DNA of 64,000 bases from Patescibacteria group bacterium (lineage in GTDB: Bacteria; Patescibacteriota; Minisyncoccia; UBA6257; Colwellbacteraceae), in NCBI GenBank assembly GCA_023380475.1, contig JAMCRD010000006.1, positions 117,996-181,995 on the forward strand, in the 5' to 3' direction. A program made the position numbers and the translations under genes. This document shows, piece by piece, positions 57,425 to 64,000 of the stretch; position 1 is the first letter of the stretch; each line of letters opens with the position of its first letter. The notes below the pieces were generated by a model. The model saw only the letters and a list, made by a program, of their open reading frames with translations, made no database searches and had not been told where the DNA came from.

Positions 57425-57584
57425 TGTCTCTGCTCAACGATGGTGACAGATCGTTTACAAGTGAACAAATAAGTAACCAAATTGGTAAAGGTTCAAAACA
57501 ATAGATAATAAATAGAGAATTTTTTAGTTGTCCCAAAGCACTTTACTTTCGACCGGCCCAGCATGGGTGGTCGAAAGTTTTTTT

Positions 57585-59928
<2,344 letters not shown>

Positions 59929-60118
59929 TAAAGAACGAATCTGACATTTGTCAGATAAGGTTTTGGTCGAGGAGCCATTCAAGTCTCGACTCCTTCCGAG
60001 TAATTCGGATTGTATGGCTTTGGGATAACTAAAAAGTTTTCTATTCTATGTTCTCAACCTGACTATCTAGCAGACAGGATTGAGTCTGATAAACATTTTG
60101 TGCTAGTATTGAAGTAAC

Positions 60119-60508
60119 ATGGCGTTAAACAAGACAGTGATGGTGGTCGAAGACGACCAATTCTTGTCGCAATTGTTGAGCAACCGTTTAGGCCGCGAAG
60201 GCCTGAATGTTATTCGTGCTGGCGATGGGCAGGAAGCCTTGGATCTGCTTGGGGCCAACCAGCCGGATCTGATCCTGTTGGATTTGATTCTCCCTAAGAA
60301 GTCAGGTTTCGAGGTGATGGAGGAGATACAAAAGAATCCCCTGCTTAAGAATGCGCCGATCGTTATAATCTCCAACTTGGGGCAGGACGATGATATATCC
60401 CGCGGTAAGCAGTTGGGAGCTATCGAGTACTATGTTAAGGCAAAGATATCTATTGAAGATCTGGTAAGTAAGATCGAGCAGCTTCTAACCTCAAGCCGTG
60501 CGGCTTGA
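60119..60508 (+). CDS. Stand-alone response-regulator receiver domain protein (CheY-like)
   Basis: VMVVEDDQFL...DLILLDLILPKKSGFEV...PIVIISNLGQ (phospho-acceptor Asp in LLDL, T/S and K positions conserved); a TAGTAT -10-like box 9 nt upstream of the ATG. Confidence 0.8.
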   Translation: MALNKTVMVVEDDQFLSQLLSNRLGREGLNVIRAGDGQEALDLLGANQPDLILLDLILPKKSGFEVMEEIQKNPLLKNAPIVIISNLGQDDDISRGKQLGAIEYYVKAKISIEDLVSKIEQLLTSSRAA

Positions 60509-60616
60509 GGATTGGGGGCTGGGATAGCTATTTACAGGCTGCCCCTCGGCGGCTATACTTGGCTCTAATTGTGGTATAATAAGACGTAATTTCCTTTCAC
60601 TAACCCACAGAAATAA

Positions 60617-61297
60617 ATGGTCGACAAGACAAATCAACATGCAATGGATATGGAAAAGACAACCCCGAAGAGAGGCTTCACTTTGATCGAGTTGTTGATC
60701 GTGATAGCTATTTTGGGTGTTTTGGCTTCAGCGGTGGTGGTGGTTCTGAACCCGGCTGAGTTGCTGGCGGAAGCCAGGGACAGCCAGAGGATGTCTGACT
60801 TGAACAACGTAAGTACAGGTCTTAACCTCTTCTTGTCTCAGGTCGGAGCAACATCCTCGGCCAGCATGGATTATTCAACCTACGGACCAGGCGGCGGATG
60901 CAGTTATATCAACAGTACCTCCACGCAACCATTCAACTACACCAATGGTACTGGCGGCACTGCTCCGTATGCCTCCTCTTCGCAGGCTAGTACAACCAGA
61001 CTGATAAACGGAACCGGTTGGGCTGACGTTAACTTCGCTGCCATCCCGGGCGGTGCGCCATTCAGCGTTCTACCGATTGACCCGACTAACGGCAGCAACT
61101 ACTACACCTACTGTTACGTAGGTACCAGCACCCCCACTTACTCGTACAAGTTGGCGACGCGCATGGAGAGTGTCAAGTTTGCATCGAAGGAGATACAATG
61201 GGATGCTTCTACATCGACTACTGCTTGCGGCGGTAGCGGGCCAGCTGCTACTAACCAGTACTGCTGGTATCAGGTTGGGACCAACCTTGGTTTGTAA
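60617..61297 (+). CDS. Type IV pilin / pseudopilin (prepilin with class III signal peptide)
   Basis: Prepilin cleavage and N-methylation motif KRG|FTLIELLIVIAILGVLA. The true start is more likely ATG 60644 or 60650, giving leader MEKTTPKRG. Ser/Thr/Gly-rich C-terminal domain. Confidence 0.8.
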   Translation: MVDKTNQHAMDMEKTTPKRGFTLIELLIVIAILGVLASAVVVVLNPAELLAEARDSQRMSDLNNVSTGLNLFLSQVGATSSASMDYSTYGPGGGCSYINSTSTQPFNYTNGTGGTAPYASSSQASTTRLINGTGWADVNFAAIPGGAPFSVLPIDPTNGSNYYTYCYVGTSTPTYSYKLATRMESVKFASKEIQWDASTSTTACGGSGPAATNQYCWYQVGTNLGL

Positions 61298-61349
61298 TCT
61301 GCTTAGGACATAAACCTTAAAGAAGCACGCTATTTAGAGGCGTGCTTCT

Positions 61350-63077
61350 TTGGTATACTTAGTTGAGAAAACAATGCTTCAGATACCGGAAGGCAAACTC
61401 AAGGAAATCCTTGTAAGAGACGGACTTATCGATTCCCAGCTATTCGACTCCATAGCCTCTGAGGCCAAGAGGCTTAATCAGAATATAGCTGAGAATATAG
61501 TTTCCCGAGGGATTATCACGGATTCTTATTACAGCTCGGTCTTGTCTAAGTATTTTAACACGCCGCTGGCTGAACTGGACAAGGTACAGATTGATCCGTC
61601 TGTACTGACCCTGTTAACCGAGGATCTAGCTAGGCAGAAGAGGGTGGTGCTCTTTGGGCGCTTGCCGGATGGGACGATCAAGGCGGCCATGGAAGACCCG
61701 ACCGACTTGGTGGCCATCCAGTTTCTAGAAAACCATCTTAAATTACGCATCCAGCCGTTTTTGGCTCGGGAAGTGGATTTGAACAAGGGTTTTGCTTTGT
61801 ATGGTCAGGCCTCTGCCAGGGACTTTAAAAAGGTAATCGCGGAGAACCTCGAAGCCTCCCTGCGCAGCAAGGTTAAAGGCGAGGAAGCGGCCAGTGAGGT
61901 ACCGATCGTTGCCATTGTCGACAACGTCTTATCCTACGCTATGGCCCTCGGGGCATCGGACATTCACATAGAGATCTTCGAGGACTTCATTTACATTCGT
62001 TACCGCATCGATGGCGTATTGAGGGAGGTATTCCGGATGCCAGTTGAGATTCATAGCGCAATTGTGGCTCGCCTTAAGCTCCTTTCCGGCATGAAGATCG
62101 ATGAGCATTCTAAGCCTCAGGACGGTCGTTTTAGGTACAAGATAGGTTCAGATTTGGTCGACGTCCGTGTTTCGGCCATACCGACTTTCTATGGCGAGAA
62201 GATAGAGATGCGTATATTGCCGGCTACGAACCGTCCGCTTTCTTTCCAGGAACTTGGCATGTTTGGGGATACAGCAAAGTTGCTGGAGGATAACGTCCGC
62301 CGAACCTATGGCATGGTGCTGGTGACTGGTCCAACTGGCTCCGGCAAGACGACTACCCTCTACTCTGTTCTTAATATTCTGAATCGGCCGGAAGTTAATA
62401 TTGTAACCGTCGAGGACCCGATCGAGTACAACATCAAGTTTATTAACCAAACACAGATAAACGAGGCGGCAGGCGTGACCTTCGCTGAAGGCCTACGCTC
62501 CATCTTGCGTCAGGACCCAAACGTGATTCTGGTAGGAGAAATACGCGACAACGAAACTGCAGATATAGCCGTGCAAGCTGCTTTGACTGGCCACTTGGTA
62601 CTATCGACGCTGCACACCAACGATGCCCCCACCGCCATCCCGCGTTTCGTGGATCTTAATGTGCCGCCCTTCTTGGTAGCGGCCGTACTGGACGCGGTCT
62701 TGGCCCAGCGGCTGGTGCGCAAAATATGTACATCGTGCATTTACTCTTATGAACCGGCGCCGGAGGTTGTAGACGCCCTTAAAAGGCAGGCTGATCAGCT
62801 GGGCGTCGAAGGATTTGCGGTACCCAGGACGCTGTATGCCGGCAAGGGCTGCCCGGTTTGTGGCGGTACCGGCTATCGCGGCCGTTTGGGTATATTTGAA
62901 CTGCTCAATATAAGCGATGAGGTGAGAAAGCTGATTATAAACCCCAACTTTCTTATCGACGATCTGCGCGTTTTAGCTAAGAAAGAGGGCATGCTGACCA
63001 TGTTCCAGGACGGGCTGCGCAAGGTCGAACGGGGGATTACGACCATTGAGGAACTGCTTAGGGTTATAGGCGAATAA
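61350..63077 (+). CDS. pilB: Type IV pilus assembly ATPase PilB (GspE family)
   Basis: Walker A VTGPTGSGKTTTL, Asp box, Walker B, His box, tetracysteine motif CTSC...CPVCGGTG. Confidence 0.9.
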   Translation: MVYLVEKTMLQIPEGKLKEILVRDGLIDSQLFDSIASEAKRLNQNIAENIVSRGIITDSYYSSVLSKYFNTPLAELDKVQIDPSVLTLLTEDLARQKRVVLFGRLPDGTIKAAMEDPTDLVAIQFLENHLKLRIQPFLAREVDLNKGFALYGQASARDFKKVIAENLEASLRSKVKGEEAASEVPIVAIVDNVLSYAMALGASDIHIEIFEDFIYIRYRIDGVLREVFRMPVEIHSAIVARLKLLSGMKIDEHSKPQDGRFRYKIGSDLVDVRVSAIPTFYGEKIEMRILPATNRPLSFQELGMFGDTAKLLEDNVRRTYGMVLVTGPTGSGKTTTLYSVLNILNRPEVNIVTVEDPIEYNIKFINQTQINEAAGVTFAEGLRSILRQDPNVILVGEIRDNETADIAVQAALTGHLVLSTLHTNDAPTAIPRFVDLNVPPFLVAAVLDAVLAQRLVRKICTSCIYSYEPAPEVVDALKRQADQLGVEGFAVPRTLYAGKGCPVCGGTGYRGRLGIFELLNISDEVRKLIINPNFLIDDLRVLAKKEGMLTMFQDGLRKVERGITTIEELLRVIGE

Positions 63078-64000
63078 TGAGATTTCACTACGTAGCGTCA
63101 CAACCTAACGGACGGATTATGGAAGCGGATGTCGAGGCGCAAAGCCCCTCTGATGTCTTGACTTGGATGGCTACGCAGGGCCTGCGTCCTGTGTCGCTGA
63201 AAGCAGTAGGAGGACTTCAAGCCACCGGCATCCGAAAGATCTTCGGGGCATCTATTACCGTTGAAGACCAGGTTTTCCTGACAAAATATCTAGCGCTGAT
63301 GCTTAAGGTCGGGACGGACCTGTTCAAAGCGATAGATATTTTGATAGCGGACTTCGACAAGCCGGTGATGAAGGCCTTGCTCATTGAGATCCGAGACAAC
63401 CTTGGTAAGGGCCAGCCGTTTTACTCGACATTCGCCAAATACCCCAAATTCTTTTCTCCTGTTTTTGTAAACCTGATACGGGCCGGGGAAAAATCGGGCA
63501 ATCTGGAAAAAGTGTTCGATGATCTGAGTGTAGGTTTGGAAAAGGACGCCGAACTGCGCGGAAGCATAAAAGGAGCCTTGATTTATCCGACCATCTTGGT
63601 GTGTATGGCCATACTTATAATTTTGGGCATGGTGACGTTTGCCCTGCCCAAAATCGCCCAGAGTTTCAGTGGCAACGGCATAACCCCCCCAGCTTTCTCG
63701 GCCGCGGTTTTCGCCGTCGGCCTGTTCATAGGCGGCAACGTGGTTTACATATTGACGATTTTGGCCGCTCTAGTGGTCGGGGGGATATTTTTCTTCCGCA
63801 GCGATTTGGGAAAGCTGGTTTTTAACCGGATGGTGTCCCGAATCCCGGTAATCAATGAGGTAATCCACCGCATCGCATTGCAGCGTTTTGCTTCGACCTT
63901 GTCGTCTCTGATGAAAGCCGGCATGCCTATAATTGAATCTATCGAGATAGCAGCTGAAGCAGGCGGCTCGGCGGATATGAAGGCAGCCTTGTTACGGATA
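63077..64000 (+). CDS. pilC: Type IV pilus platform protein PilC (GspF family), 5' portion; runs off the window end
   Basis: My own translation from ATG 63077: MRFHYVASQPNGRIMEADVEAQSPSDVLTWMATQGLRPVS...; first GspF repeat and TM helices present; open to position 64000. Confidence 0.8.
   Translation, partial: MRFHYVASQPNGRIMEADVEAQSPSDVLTWMATQGLRPVSLKAVGGLQATGIRKIFGASITVEDQVFLTKYLALMLKVGTDLFKAIDILIADFDKPVMKALLIEIRDNLGKGQPFYSTFAKYPKFFSPVFVNLIRAGEKSGNLEKVFDDLSVGLEKDAELRGSIKGALIYPTILVCMAILIILGMVTFALPKIAQSFSGNGITPPAFSAAVFAVGLFIGGNVVYILTILAALVVGGIFFFRSDLGKLVFNRMVSRIPVINEVIHRIALQRFASTLSSLMKAGMPIIESIEIAAEAGGSADMKAALLRI

Overview
This 64-kb window is about 50% GC and densely packed with mostly short genes on both strands; TGA is a stop codon, so standard code 11 applies. 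Housekeeping content includes a complete but minimal F1Fo ATP synthase operon (atpBEFHAGDC, minus strand), the infC-rpmI-rplT operon, and smpB with an overlapping tmRNA. There are three aminoacyl-tRNA synthetases (argS, ileS, trpS), RNase J, a tRNA-Leu(CAG), and a pentose-phosphate and lower-glycolysis cluster (gap, rpiB, rpe, split transketolase, PfkB kinase, class II aldolase, plus gpmI and pgi elsewhere). Also present are L25, L31, an N-terminally truncated RF1, a 16S rRNA gene with large insertions that is not followed by a 23S, and a type IV pilus locus (pilin, PilB, 5' part of PilC) next to a response regulator. Accessory or unusual content is listed here and detailed in the findings. 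(1) A 3-gene module of two CofE-like paralogs flanking a TylF-family methyltransferase. (2) An FMN-binding protein, an ApbE flavin transferase and a membrane FNR-like reductase next to an ECF sigma/anti-sigma pair. (3) An IleRS carrying an in-frame histidine-phosphatase (PGAM-like) domain insertion. (4) A free-standing LAGLIDADG homing endonuclease against tRNA-Leu. (5) A HicAB toxin-antitoxin pair. (6) A membrane-anchored Clp/Hsp100 ATPase. (7) A 1094-aa secreted repetitive protein with a peptidoglycan-binding domain. (8) A DsbA/SPW/NrdH/TrxR thiol-redox block. Many genes start 5-11 nt downstream of a TATAAT box and lack a Shine-Dalgarno sequence, and the candidate 16S 3' end lacks CCUCC. Taken together (an insertion-bearing 16S, truncated ATP synthase epsilon and RF1, a type IV pilus, no respiratory chain visible), I infer a small-genome Patescibacteria/CPR-like bacterium. 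That placement is an inference, not a database result.
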